From: an uncultured Chloroflexia bacterium
GTDB taxonomy: Bacteria > Chloroflexota > Anaerolineae > JAAYZQ01
Length of the DNA: 64,000 nt
Direction: 5' to 3'
Assembly: GCA_963700285.1 (NCBI GenBank)
Contig: CAVOXA010000014.1
Span: 864,001-928,000 of the forward strand
The notes beneath the pieces are model-generated. The model was not told the origin of the DNA. It searched no databases and worked only from the letters and a program-made list of their open reading frames with translations. Made by a program: the position numbers and the translations under genes. Each line of letters starts with the position of its first letter. The stretch's first letter is position 1. Of this stretch, positions 29,215-38,254 are shown piece by piece.

Positions 29215-31383
29215 CTACTTATCACCCTCCAGCCTCCTGAGTGGGAACTGTAGGGCAAAGACGCTTCCCTTTCCTACTTGACTCTCAAGGGTGACCTTGC
29301 CTCCATGTTGCAGCATCAATTCCCGCACGATTGCCAATCCCAGACCTGTACCCGTCGAGCCTGGCGTGTTGTTGCTGCCCCGATAGAAACGCTCAAATAT
29401 CTTGGCTTGTTCGTCCTCTTCGATGCCCACGCCCCCATCACCAACAGAAACCTCCAGCATCCGACGGGAATTTCCACCAATCTCGCGTATTGCCACCCAC
29501 ACCGTCCCACCTCGAGGTGTGTATTTAAGTGCATTGTCCAGAAGGTTGGTCAGCATCTGGATGAAATGGTTCTTGTCGGCCCAGAGGGCTGGAACTCTGT
29601 CCCGCACGCGATTGGTTAACTGAATGCCGCTCTTGCTCGCCGTCTCCTCATAGACCTCCAGTACCTGAGCCACGATCTCTTCTGCGGGCAGCATCTCCTG
29701 GTGAACACTCAAGCTCCGTCGGTCCAGACGGGTCAGGTCCAGGATATTCTCTACCATTGTTTCCAGGCGATGGGTTTCCTGCTCGATGGTTTGCAGATAG
29801 AATACCTGCTTCTCTGGGCGACCCTTGCGAGCCAGAGTTGCATACAACTTGATCACAGCTAGAGGAGTACGCAATTCATGGGAAACGTTGGACACAAAGC
29901 GAGATTTTAGCTGGTCGAGGTCATGGAGCTGCGCATGCTTCTCGCGCAATTCGCGGAGGTGGTCAACGCGCTCCTCTTCAAGGATTTTGAGCGAACTTAC
30001 ATCTTCTACCATCATCACCACATTGCCACCGGCATCGTCCGAAATCTGCGCTAGAGCGAGGGACATCCGCGCCTGACGCTGCTGGCCCTGGAAGAGTGCG
30101 ATGCGAGCATCTACTTGCCGGCGCTGCCCCGTAATGGATACCTCTTCCAAAGCATGGAGTAATCGTCGTGCGTCGCTCTGTACCAAGAATTCGGACAGAT
30201 TGCGGCCGACCAGGTGATGCTCGGAAGGGGAAAAAAGCGCGGCCAACGAAGGGTTACAGACTCGAATATCGCCAGTTACCGTGACCACGCCGACCCCGAG
30301 TGGTGCGGACTGCAGTACCAGCTCGTAGTCATAATTGACCGGCTCTGGCGCCCTCCGGCAAGTCCGCTCCACGATCAGCGAAGCCTGGCTCGCCAGATGG
30401 GTCATGAGACGGATGGCGTCCCGACCAAAGCCATACCTGGTCCCCGGCTCGGCGACACCCAACATCCCCACCTGCTCGCCCCCAGCCCGAAGCGGCAGGA
30501 TGAGCGTATTCTCAATCCCAAGATTCGCCATCTTTTGCTGGTCGGAGGGGCCAGCACCCAGCGAAGTAGTGCTCGCGACCCAGTCTGAGGAAGGGTATGA
30601 GGGAGAGGCCAAACCAGCCAGGGTTCCATCTCCGCGCAGGACGGTTGCCCTGAGCCGATCTCGTTGGACGCCAAGGGCAGCTACGCAGCGCAGAGAGTCA
30701 CTGCCCTCCCCCATAAGGAAGACAAAAGCATGCCTGGCTCCTGTAGAATCGAATGCCTCGCGTACCACCGGCATCAAGTCCGTACCCACGTCCACCGGCT
30801 GAGGGGGTGTGGGCAAGCGTGGCTCGACGAATTCACGAAGGCGCTGGCGCGTGTCATCGACAAGTTTGGTCCGGTATAGGATAGGCGCGACATAGCAGGC
30901 AATCTCTGTCGCGCGCTCAATGTCAGCTTTGTCGAAATGCGACGCCTCAAGGTGCGTCCACTCCAAGAGCCCAATGATGCGGCTGTCCAGGGAAAGAGGT
31001 ACACCGAGCCAGGATCTCACGCGCTCTTCTCCTGGAACAGGCCGCCAGCGCACATCATCCTGCGTATCGGATACAACTATTGCACGGCCGCCATCCAGAA
31101 CCGCACGTGCTGCTCCCATCTGGCTCACTGGCAGGGTCAGGCCAGGCAGTGGAGCGGTCGGGCCGCTGCCCGCCAGCACCTTGAGATGATCGCCCTCCAG
31201 CCACATCACTGAGGTGCCATCACACACCACCACACCTCCGGCTCCTTCAAGAAGCCGGGTCTGCGCGACGCGGAAATCTGTCGCAAGACTAACGCTATGG
31301 ATCAATTCCAGCAATTCACTGCGCCAATCTGTCGACTGCATTCGCTGCCTACTCACTTTATCTCCCATCTTACTGTCCGACAA
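29215..31383 (-). CDS. Cytoplasmic GAF-GAF-PAS sensor histidine kinase
   Basis: SWLGVPL GAF motif, SHELRTPL H-box, NLLDNALKY, DGGVGI, IFERFYR and GTGLGL. Start uncertain (31383, 31368 or 31356). Confidence 0.92.
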   Translation of the reverse strand: MSDSKMGDKVSRQRMQSTDWRSELLELIHSVSLATDFRVAQTRLLEGAGGVVVCDGTSVMWLEGDHLKVLAGSGPTAPLPGLTLPVSQMGAARAVLDGGRAIVVSDTQDDVRWRPVPGEERVRSWLGVPLSLDSRIIGLLEWTHLEASHFDKADIERATEIACYVAPILYRTKLVDDTRQRLREFVEPRLPTPPQPVDVGTDLMPVVREAFDSTGARHAFVFLMGEGSDSLRCVAALGVQRDRLRATVLRGDGTLAGLASPSYPSSDWVASTTSLGAGPSDQQKMANLGIENTLILPLRAGGEQVGMLGVAEPGTRYGFGRDAIRLMTHLASQASLIVERTCRRAPEPVNYDYELVLQSAPLGVGVVTVTGDIRVCNPSLAALFSPSEHHLVGRNLSEFLVQSDARRLLHALEEVSITGQRRQVDARIALFQGQQRQARMSLALAQISDDAGGNVVMMVEDVSSLKILEEERVDHLRELREKHAQLHDLDQLKSRFVSNVSHELRTPLAVIKLYATLARKGRPEKQVFYLQTIEQETHRLETMVENILDLTRLDRRSLSVHQEMLPAEEIVAQVLEVYEETASKSGIQLTNRVRDRVPALWADKNHFIQMLTNLLDNALKYTPRGGTVWVAIREIGGNSRRMLEVSVGDGGVGIEEDEQAKIFERFYRGSNNTPGSTGTGLGLAIVRELMLQHGGKVTLESQVGKGSVFALQFPLRRLEGDK

Positions 31384-31395
31384 GATTACTATGCT

Positions 31396-31454
31396 ATTAT
31401 ACCACTATTTCGCGAAAGCGCAAAGTAGCCTAGTTACCGAAAGTGTGCTATAAT
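31396..31454. promoter_or_regulatory. Back-to-back extended -10 promoters
   Basis: Minus TGGTATAAT at 31396-31404. Plus TGCTATAAT at 31446-31454. Confidence 0.55.
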
Positions 31455-31484
31455 AGAAGAATACTACGAACGGAGGAGGACCCA

Positions 31485-32726
31485 ATGGAAAACACGACCG
31501 TTGCCTGTGTTCAGCAACGAATGGCCATCATGGAGACCCGCGAGGAATTCGAGGCTGAAGCCGGTCGCTTCCTGCACCAGGCCCGGGCCAAAGCAGCACA
31601 ACTTGTCATTTTTCCCGAGCTGGCCGGTTTGATGCTGGCGCCTCCCCTGATCTCTGGCTTCAAGCTGGGCTTCATCAAACGGGCAGATCAGGGCAACAGG
31701 CCCACTGCTGGTCTTGTACGCCGGCGCCTGGGACGTGTTTCGGGTGCCGCTGCCGGGGCCATCGGAGGAGGGTTTCGCGGCAGTCTGATTCGGCTGCTGG
31801 CCAAGAACAGCGATGCTCTCCTCAACGTCTATCTGGATACCTATAGCAGTCTCGCGCGAGAATATGGTTCGGCCATCCTAGGTGGCAGCCTGTATACCGT
31901 TGATGCCGAAACCGAACAGGTACGCAATCGAGCCTATCTCTTTGATGCAAGCGGTGAAGTGCTGGGTTATCAGGACAAGCTCAATCTCAACCCGGACGAA
32001 CAAGGCTTAGCGACGCCGGGCACAGAGATGAACACATTGGAGATGCCCTTCGGTCGCATCGGTCTGCTCATCGGCCGGGATGCCCTCTATCCCGAATTGG
32101 CCCGAGTACTGGTGCTACAGGGCGCAGACGCTCTCGTTGGCATCGCAGCCAGTCCAGGCGCAGCGCAAGCCAGTGTATTCCGATCAGCGATGGCCCTACG
32201 TACCGAAGAGAACCAGGTATTCGCAATGGCCAGTTTCCTCTTGGGGCCAAACTATGCAGGGCAGGAGAACCGGGAAGACTATCTGGGACAATCGGCCCTC
32301 CTGGCGCCGATTTCGTTGAGCGCCAAGGGCGACGGTGTCCTGGTCCAAGCCGGCACCAACCGCACTGAAAGCCTGATCGCTTCCGAGCTGGATGGTCAGG
32401 CCTTGAACAACCTCCGGGAAACCAGCCGCTTCCGTCCGCGAAACCAAATGAACTTGGGCAGCCATGGGATGGATCTGGCCAATTTCTATCAAGAAGGGCT
32501 GACCATCGAGCAGATTGTTGCCCAGACCGTCGCTGCATCAGAGCTCCCCGAGCCAGAGTTACCAGTCGAACCACTTCCAGACCTGGATGTCGATGATACG
32601 GAAGATCTGGCTGAGCCCATTCTACAGCCTGAGGAATTGGAGGCAGAAATGGATCTAGCCTCAGTCCCAGAAGCACTGTCACTGACAGGCTTCCAGGACA
32701 ATGAGGAAGAGACTCTGGCTGAATAA
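31485..32726 (+). CDS. Carbon-nitrogen hydrolase (nitrilase-fold) protein lacking the catalytic Cys, with an acidic tail
   Basis: AQLVIFPE (Glu) and QDKLNL (Lys) are present. GRIGLLIGRDALYPE stands where ICYD is expected. GGAGGAGG SD. Confidence 0.8.
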   Translation: MENTTVACVQQRMAIMETREEFEAEAGRFLHQARAKAAQLVIFPELAGLMLAPPLISGFKLGFIKRADQGNRPTAGLVRRRLGRVSGAAAGAIGGGFRGSLIRLLAKNSDALLNVYLDTYSSLAREYGSAILGGSLYTVDAETEQVRNRAYLFDASGEVLGYQDKLNLNPDEQGLATPGTEMNTLEMPFGRIGLLIGRDALYPELARVLVLQGADALVGIAASPGAAQASVFRSAMALRTEENQVFAMASFLLGPNYAGQENREDYLGQSALLAPISLSAKGDGVLVQAGTNRTESLIASELDGQALNNLRETSRFRPRNQMNLGSHGMDLANFYQEGLTIEQIVAQTVAASELPEPELPVEPLPDLDVDDTEDLAEPILQPEELEAEMDLASVPEALSLTGFQDNEEETLAE

Positions 32727-32734
32727 TACACTCT

Positions 32735-33862
32735 ATGGCTGATCCCGAAATCACGCCGTGCCAGGATCCTAGCCTGGCCCTTGATATACTGGTCGAGGCA
32801 TCCCGCGCCCACCTGCGCGACTGGCCCAGCCGCTATCCAGAGCATCGGCCAATGGGCTACCTTTGCAGTTACGTGCCCGAAGAGATCATCCACGCCGGGG
32901 GCTTTGCACCAGTGCGCGTTCGGGGAACTACCAGACCGCTGCGCCAGGTGGAGGCCCACCTCCAGTCTTTCACCTGCGCCCTCTGCCGCAGTAGTCTCGA
33001 CCAGGCGCTTGACGGCGAGCTAGAGTTCTTGGCAGGAGTGGTCTTTGCCCATTCCTGCGATGCCATGCAAGCCTTGGCCGACCTATGGCAGATGAACACG
33101 CCCCAGAAATATTATGTAGATATAGTCATGCAACCGACCAACATGGGCAATGCTTCTGCTCGCTCGTACCTCATCGCCGAGCTGTACCAATTCCGCGAGC
33201 GGCTGGCCGCTTTTGTTGGGCATGCAATCACAAACGACGATCTGCGGGCCAGCATCGCCCTTTATAACGAGACACGACGCCTGGTACAAGCACTGTTGCC
33301 GCTACGCGATCGCACGAGTTCGCCGCACTTTTTCGCCGTCCTGGATGCGGGCCAATCCATGCCGCGCGAGAGATTCAACCCCTTGCTGGCAGAGTTGCTG
33401 GAAACACTGGAGAGCGTTCCACCAGACTCAGAGAGGCCACAGATCTTTCTCACGGGGGCCGTGCTCGATGAGCCACGCCTTCTGGACCTCGTCCAGGATT
33501 TGGGAGGCCGGGTAGCGGGAGATGATCTGTGCAGTGGTTCACGCCACTTCCACGACCGGGTGGGCGATGGCGATCCAATCTTGGCCATGGCCGAGTACTA
33601 TCTCCTCAGACCTCCCTGTCCCACCAAGTTTCACCCCCTCTACGACCCAGGCCGCAGACTCTTGGATCAGGTCCGGCTCGTGCACGCCCAGGGGGTGGTG
33701 TTCGTCCTGGAGAAATTCTGCGAGCCCCACGCCTTTGACTACGCCCTGACTATTCCAGCGCTCGACAAAGCAGGGATACCCCACCTCCTACTGGAGATGG
33801 AGCAGACGCCAAGTCTGGAAGCCCTCCGAACCCGTCTCCAGGCATTCTTTGAGATTTTGTAG
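32735..33862 (+). CDS. 2-hydroxyacyl-CoA dehydratase / benzoyl-CoA reductase subunit family protein (HgdB/FldC/BcrC-like)
   Basis: YVPEEII.A.G, FTCALC, HSCDAM, DDLCSG.R, KFCEPH and TRLQAF.E motifs. Confidence 0.88.
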   Translation: MADPEITPCQDPSLALDILVEASRAHLRDWPSRYPEHRPMGYLCSYVPEEIIHAGGFAPVRVRGTTRPLRQVEAHLQSFTCALCRSSLDQALDGELEFLAGVVFAHSCDAMQALADLWQMNTPQKYYVDIVMQPTNMGNASARSYLIAELYQFRERLAAFVGHAITNDDLRASIALYNETRRLVQALLPLRDRTSSPHFFAVLDAGQSMPRERFNPLLAELLETLESVPPDSERPQIFLTGAVLDEPRLLDLVQDLGGRVAGDDLCSGSRHFHDRVGDGDPILAMAEYYLLRPPCPTKFHPLYDPGRRLLDQVRLVHAQGVVFVLEKFCEPHAFDYALTIPALDKAGIPHLLLEMEQTPSLEALRTRLQAFFEIL

Positions 33863-33964
33863 CCGGGAGGCAGCAACCCTGGCTCGCGGCTGGCGTATAG
33901 CCAAGGAGCCCATTTCTGCATTGCAGATTTGGGTCAACGTACTGTCTGTGCTATACTGACGCCT

Positions 33965-35944
33965 ATGACGAACATACCTTTGGAACAACCATACAAACCT
34001 GAGTTTGTTGAAGCCCAGCTCAAGGAATCCGGAAGCTGGCGCGCTGTGAGGCGTGTGCTTGAGATCCTCAGTGTGCTGCTCACGAGCTTCTTGTGGCGCG
34101 CGATCGACCGCTGGTCCTGGACCTACCGCCAGGGCGAGACGATCGAGGACCGCCAGCGGCGCCGTGCCGAATGGTTACTCGGCCGCATTATTTGGCTGGG
34201 GCCAACCTTTGTCAAGGTGGGACAAACCCTCAGTACACGACCCGATCTGCTGCCCCTATCCTATATCCAGGTGCTGAGCAAACTTCAGGACCAGATTCCA
34301 TCCTTTCCGAACGAGATCGCCTTTGCCTGCATCGAAGAAGAGCTAGGCTGGAAGCCGTGGACTCTGTATGACCAAATGGACCTGGAACCCTTTGCTGCCG
34401 CCAGCCTGGGCCAGGTATACTATGCCGTCACCCACGCAGGCGAGGAAGTGGCTGTGAAGGTCCAACGCCCCGACCTGTTACAGGTCATCAGCCTGGATCT
34501 AGCCCTGATACGTCGTCTGGCTACCATCGTTGAACGTTATCCAAAGCTGAGTCGGGGCCAGCCCTGGGTCAGCATCGTGGACGAGTTCGGGAGCAAGCTC
34601 TTTGAGGAACTGGACTATGTCCATGAAGCGCATCTCACAGAGCGGTTCAAGATCAACGTGGAACAAGTGCCCGGAGTCTATGCCCCCAGCGTCTACTGGG
34701 ATCTCACCAGCCGGCGGGTACTTACCACTGAGCTGATCCGTGGGATCAAGATCACCGAGAAAGAGAAACTTGAAGCGGCAGAAGTTGACATTCCTTTTCT
34801 GCTTAGCCAAGGTGTGCGGGCGAATCTAAAGCAGCTCTTCGAACACGGCCTCTTCCATGCAGATCCACACCCAGGCAACCTTCTGGTCCGTCCCGAAGAT
34901 GGCACCCTCGTGTTTATCGACTTTGGGATGATGGGCATCATTCAACCCGAGCAAAAGCTGCGCATCCTCGAAATCTTTATCGATGTCGTCAATCAGCGCC
35001 CAGAAAACCTGAAGGATAATCTGATTGCCCTCGGCTGCCTGAGACCCGACGCTCGCTGGGACGAGTTGGTACCCATCGCCAATGATCTTTTCAGAGCCCT
35101 GTTTGGCTCGGCGGATCGCCAGCATACCTTCCAGGATGTCACCAACAGTTTTGCTCCCTTGGTATACGAGTACGAGTTCCGCATCCCGGTAGACTTTGCC
35201 TATATTGTGCGGGCCATCATGACCCTCGAGGGCATCAGTCTACAACTGGCGCCCGACTTTGACATCTTTGCTGTGTCCGCACCCTATGCAGCCCGGATGA
35301 TGTTGACCTTTCCCGATCCCAGCCTGCGCAAGCGCCTGCTGGACGAACTGCTGACCGAGGATGGGACAGTAGACTGGAAACGGCTTGACGATCTGGCGGC
35401 ACTGGCAGCACACGACACCAGCTTTCGCCTTGAGACCGAGGGATTGGTCGAACCGGCGCTGGACATGATACTGTCGCCCGAGGGTGCAGGACTGCGAAAA
35501 GCGCTCATCGCCGATCTAATACACGCCCCAGAAAAGTCGTCTGACAGGATCGAAGGCCTGGCGCCATTGCTGACGACAGACCCCTCCTTCTCCGGTCGCG
35601 ATATCATGGACCGGATGGTGTCCTTTCTCCTGTCACCAGAGGGCGAGGAGACGCGCATGCAACTGGCTGCTGGACTGCGGGCCAACGGCAACGGAGGATT
35701 TGATCTTGTGCGCATCATGGAGCTGGTCGGAATGGCTGGACGGCTGCACCCAGAATTCAATGCCAGGACGCTGGCCCGTTCGCTGGGCGGTTACCTCTTT
35801 TCTGAGAAAGGGAAACCAGCCCGCAACCAACTGGTGGAGGCCGGCGCAATAAAGCTGCTGGACGGCATCGCCGGGCAGCTGAACCGGCTAGCGCGGCCAG
35901 CAGCCACCTCCCCTCGCAAAGTCGTACTCACAAAGAACGAATAG
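33965..35944 (+). CDS. ABC1/UbiB family kinase with long C-terminal extension
   Basis: GPTFVKVGQ.LSTRPD, AAASLGQVY, VAVKVQRP, FHADPHPGN and DFGMM motifs. Confidence 0.92.
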   Translation: MTNIPLEQPYKPEFVEAQLKESGSWRAVRRVLEILSVLLTSFLWRAIDRWSWTYRQGETIEDRQRRRAEWLLGRIIWLGPTFVKVGQTLSTRPDLLPLSYIQVLSKLQDQIPSFPNEIAFACIEEELGWKPWTLYDQMDLEPFAAASLGQVYYAVTHAGEEVAVKVQRPDLLQVISLDLALIRRLATIVERYPKLSRGQPWVSIVDEFGSKLFEELDYVHEAHLTERFKINVEQVPGVYAPSVYWDLTSRRVLTTELIRGIKITEKEKLEAAEVDIPFLLSQGVRANLKQLFEHGLFHADPHPGNLLVRPEDGTLVFIDFGMMGIIQPEQKLRILEIFIDVVNQRPENLKDNLIALGCLRPDARWDELVPIANDLFRALFGSADRQHTFQDVTNSFAPLVYEYEFRIPVDFAYIVRAIMTLEGISLQLAPDFDIFAVSAPYAARMMLTFPDPSLRKRLLDELLTEDGTVDWKRLDDLAALAAHDTSFRLETEGLVEPALDMILSPEGAGLRKALIADLIHAPEKSSDRIEGLAPLLTTDPSFSGRDIMDRMVSFLLSPEGEETRMQLAAGLRANGNGGFDLVRIMELVGMAGRLHPEFNARTLARSLGGYLFSEKGKPARNQLVEAGAIKLLDGIAGQLNRLARPAATSPRKVVLTKNE

Positions 35945-35966
35945 CCGGCTCGCCAGACATCCCTGT

Positions 35967-36328
35967 GGGGGTGCGACACTGGCGTTTGCCTATCCCCAGT
36001 TCAAGGCCGGCGAGTTCGGCGGCGAGTTTTCGATGGGGAACGTGGACGACTATAAAGTTGGGGCCCGTGTTCTCAATCACAGGGGCAAGTTCTTCCTGTT
36101 ACGCACCGCAGATGGATTCAAGGCCCTGTATCAAGTCTGTACCCATCTGGGCTGCCTGGACCGCGAAATGGATGGCGGTTATGCTTACCCCTGTCACGGT
36201 TCCTTCTTCTCCCCTGACGGGAGACCATCACCGGTGGCCGGCCCGCCACCGCTGCGCCTGCCTGGGGCGCCCTGTTGAGTACGCAGGAGATAGAGGACGC
36301 CATCGCGTTCCCAAGATCAAGACAGTAG
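35967..36328 (+). pseudogene. Chimeric remnant: Rieske 2Fe-2S protein fragment joined to a cytochrome c C-terminal fragment
   Basis: Frame A: LAFAYPQFKAGEFGG...CTHLGC...PCHGS.F..DG with no N-terminal start or TAT leader. Frame B from 36221: ETITGGRPATAAPAWGALLSTQEIEDAIAF. Confidence 0.7.
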
Positions 36329-36444
36329 TCACTCGGTATCCGAGCTGAGTCAACGAAGGCTTCAGCCGCGGGAAATCCCCAATGCTGCAGCCTTCTGTGT
36401 TGGACGGAGGAGAGCGGAAGTGCTGTGGGTTGAAAGGACAGTGT

Positions 36445-37906
36445 GTGAGAATTCTACTTGCTAGCCCAGAGTCGCACGTGTGGAACTCACGGGCTCACAT
36501 TCACATGGGGTTGGGCTACCTGGCCGGTTCGCTGCTAGAAGCCGGCTTCACCAACCTGACCCTCCACGACGACGCCGTCGAAACAGAGAACATTGCCGAG
36601 GCGCTGCAGCGCGCCACCGCGGAGGGCGAGCCCTATGACATCGTGGGCATTTCCAGCCCCACCCCCCTCATCAACGAGGCTTGGGATGCGGCCCGCCAGG
36701 CCAAGGAGGCGGGGGCCATCACCGTTCTCGGCGGACCCCACCTGACCCTCATGCCAGATGAATCAGCCCACAGGCCAGAGGTGGACCTGGTGGTCCGCGG
36801 CGAGGCAGAAGACACGCTCGTCGAGATCGTGAAACAGTTGGCGAACTGCAATCTGCAACTCACCGCCTGCAACCTGCGATCGATACTCGGGTTAACCTGG
36901 CGAAACGGGGATGGTCAGATAGTCCACAACCCGGCAAGGCCGCTGCGCGATGACCTGGACAATATCCCCTTTCCCGCTCACCAAATGTACAAAATGGAGC
37001 GCTATACCAACCTGCAGCCCCTGACAGATGGACTGGATCCCAACGCCCGGGCCTATACCATCGTCACCAGCCGCGGGTGCCCGTTCACCTGTACGTTCTG
37101 CTCCAAGCCGATCACGGGCGACACCTGGCGACCCCGCTCGGTGGAGAATGTGGTGGCCGAGTGGCGCTGGTTGGTGCAGGATCTGGGGGCCACCGAGATC
37201 GGCATTACCGACGATATCTGGAACCGGGATCTCGATCGGGCCAAGAACCTGTGCCGGGCGCTGATCCGCGAAGGGTTGAATACCACACCCTGGGTCACCG
37301 TCCACGGCATGAAAGTCAACTATGCGGATCCTGAGCTTTTCGAGCTGATGAAGGCCGCCGGCGCAAAGCGGGTGGGCTTTGGCGTAGAGAGCGGCGACGA
37401 GTATATCCTCTCCCGTGTCGTGCGCAAGGGGCAAACCCTGGCACAGACCCGCAATGCCTTCAAGTGGGCCAAAGCTGCCGGACTGCAGACCATGGGCTTC
37501 TTTGTCTTTGGCATGCCAGAAGAGACCGAAGAGACCATGGAAAAGACGACCAAATTGGCACTGGAACTGAGATCCAGACCTGGCCAATTTCATGATCGCC
37601 GCCCCTTATCCAGGCACGCAGCTCTACGATCTGCTGGAAAAGGAGGGCAACATCTTTAGCCATGACTGGACGGACTATGCCATCCACACCGACCAGGCCA
37701 AGTTCGAGATCGGTGACCTGAAGGCAGATCTTGTGGAGCGCAAGTGGCGCGAGGCCTACCGCCGCTTCTACTGGCGGCCAAAGCGGTTGATCAGGCGGTT
37801 GGCGATGCCCGACACCTGGCGGCATCTGCCCGCCCGCCTGCGAGATGCCCACCGTTTCTTTGTTGGCGGCAAGGGTACAAAGGGTGCCTCCAAGACGGCA
37901 GCTTGA
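36445..37906 (+). CDS. B12-binding domain radical SAM protein (frameshifted near 37570)
   Basis: [30 protein letters not shown] and GVESG motifs. The reading frame continues as [16 protein letters not shown] if one base at about 37570 is removed. Confidence 0.85.
36844..36878 (+). repeat. Degenerate heptamer tandem repeat inside the radical SAM gene
   Basis: AACTGCA ATCTGCA ACTCACC GCCTGCA ACCTGCG. Confidence 0.5.
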
Positions 37907-38001
37907 ATGCAAGCTGCGTCCGAGCCTGCAACCGGGCCCCACTCTCACCACAGGCAAGGTGAGAAGAAGGATCAAAGAGGCATGTGCAAGGAGGATCAAC
38001 G

Positions 38002-38253
38002 ATGAAGCGGGACAGTGTGATCCGCGCCAGCGAGATCGGCCAATACCGCTACTGCGCCCGGGCCTGGTGGTTGGGTCAGGTGATGGGCTACCAGTCCACG
38101 AATGTGGAGGCGATGCGCCGGGGCGAAGACCAGCACCGCGCTCACGGGCGCGGCGTGGTACGATACCACAGGTTGCGCTGGCTGGCCTTGGCTCTGCTCG
38201 GGTTGGCTGGAGCGGCCTTGGTGGCATGGTTGCTCCTGAGCTTGGGGCCATAA
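38002..38253 (+). CDS. Small membrane protein carrying the N-terminal Cas4-like motif
   Basis: IRASEIGQYRYCARAWW...GEDQH followed by C-terminal TM WLALALLGLAGAALVAWLLLSL. AAGGAGG SD. Confidence 0.75.
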   Translation: MKRDSVIRASEIGQYRYCARAWWLGQVMGYQSTNVEAMRRGEDQHRAHGRGVVRYHRLRWLALALLGLAGAALVAWLLLSLGP

Positions 38254-38254
38254 G

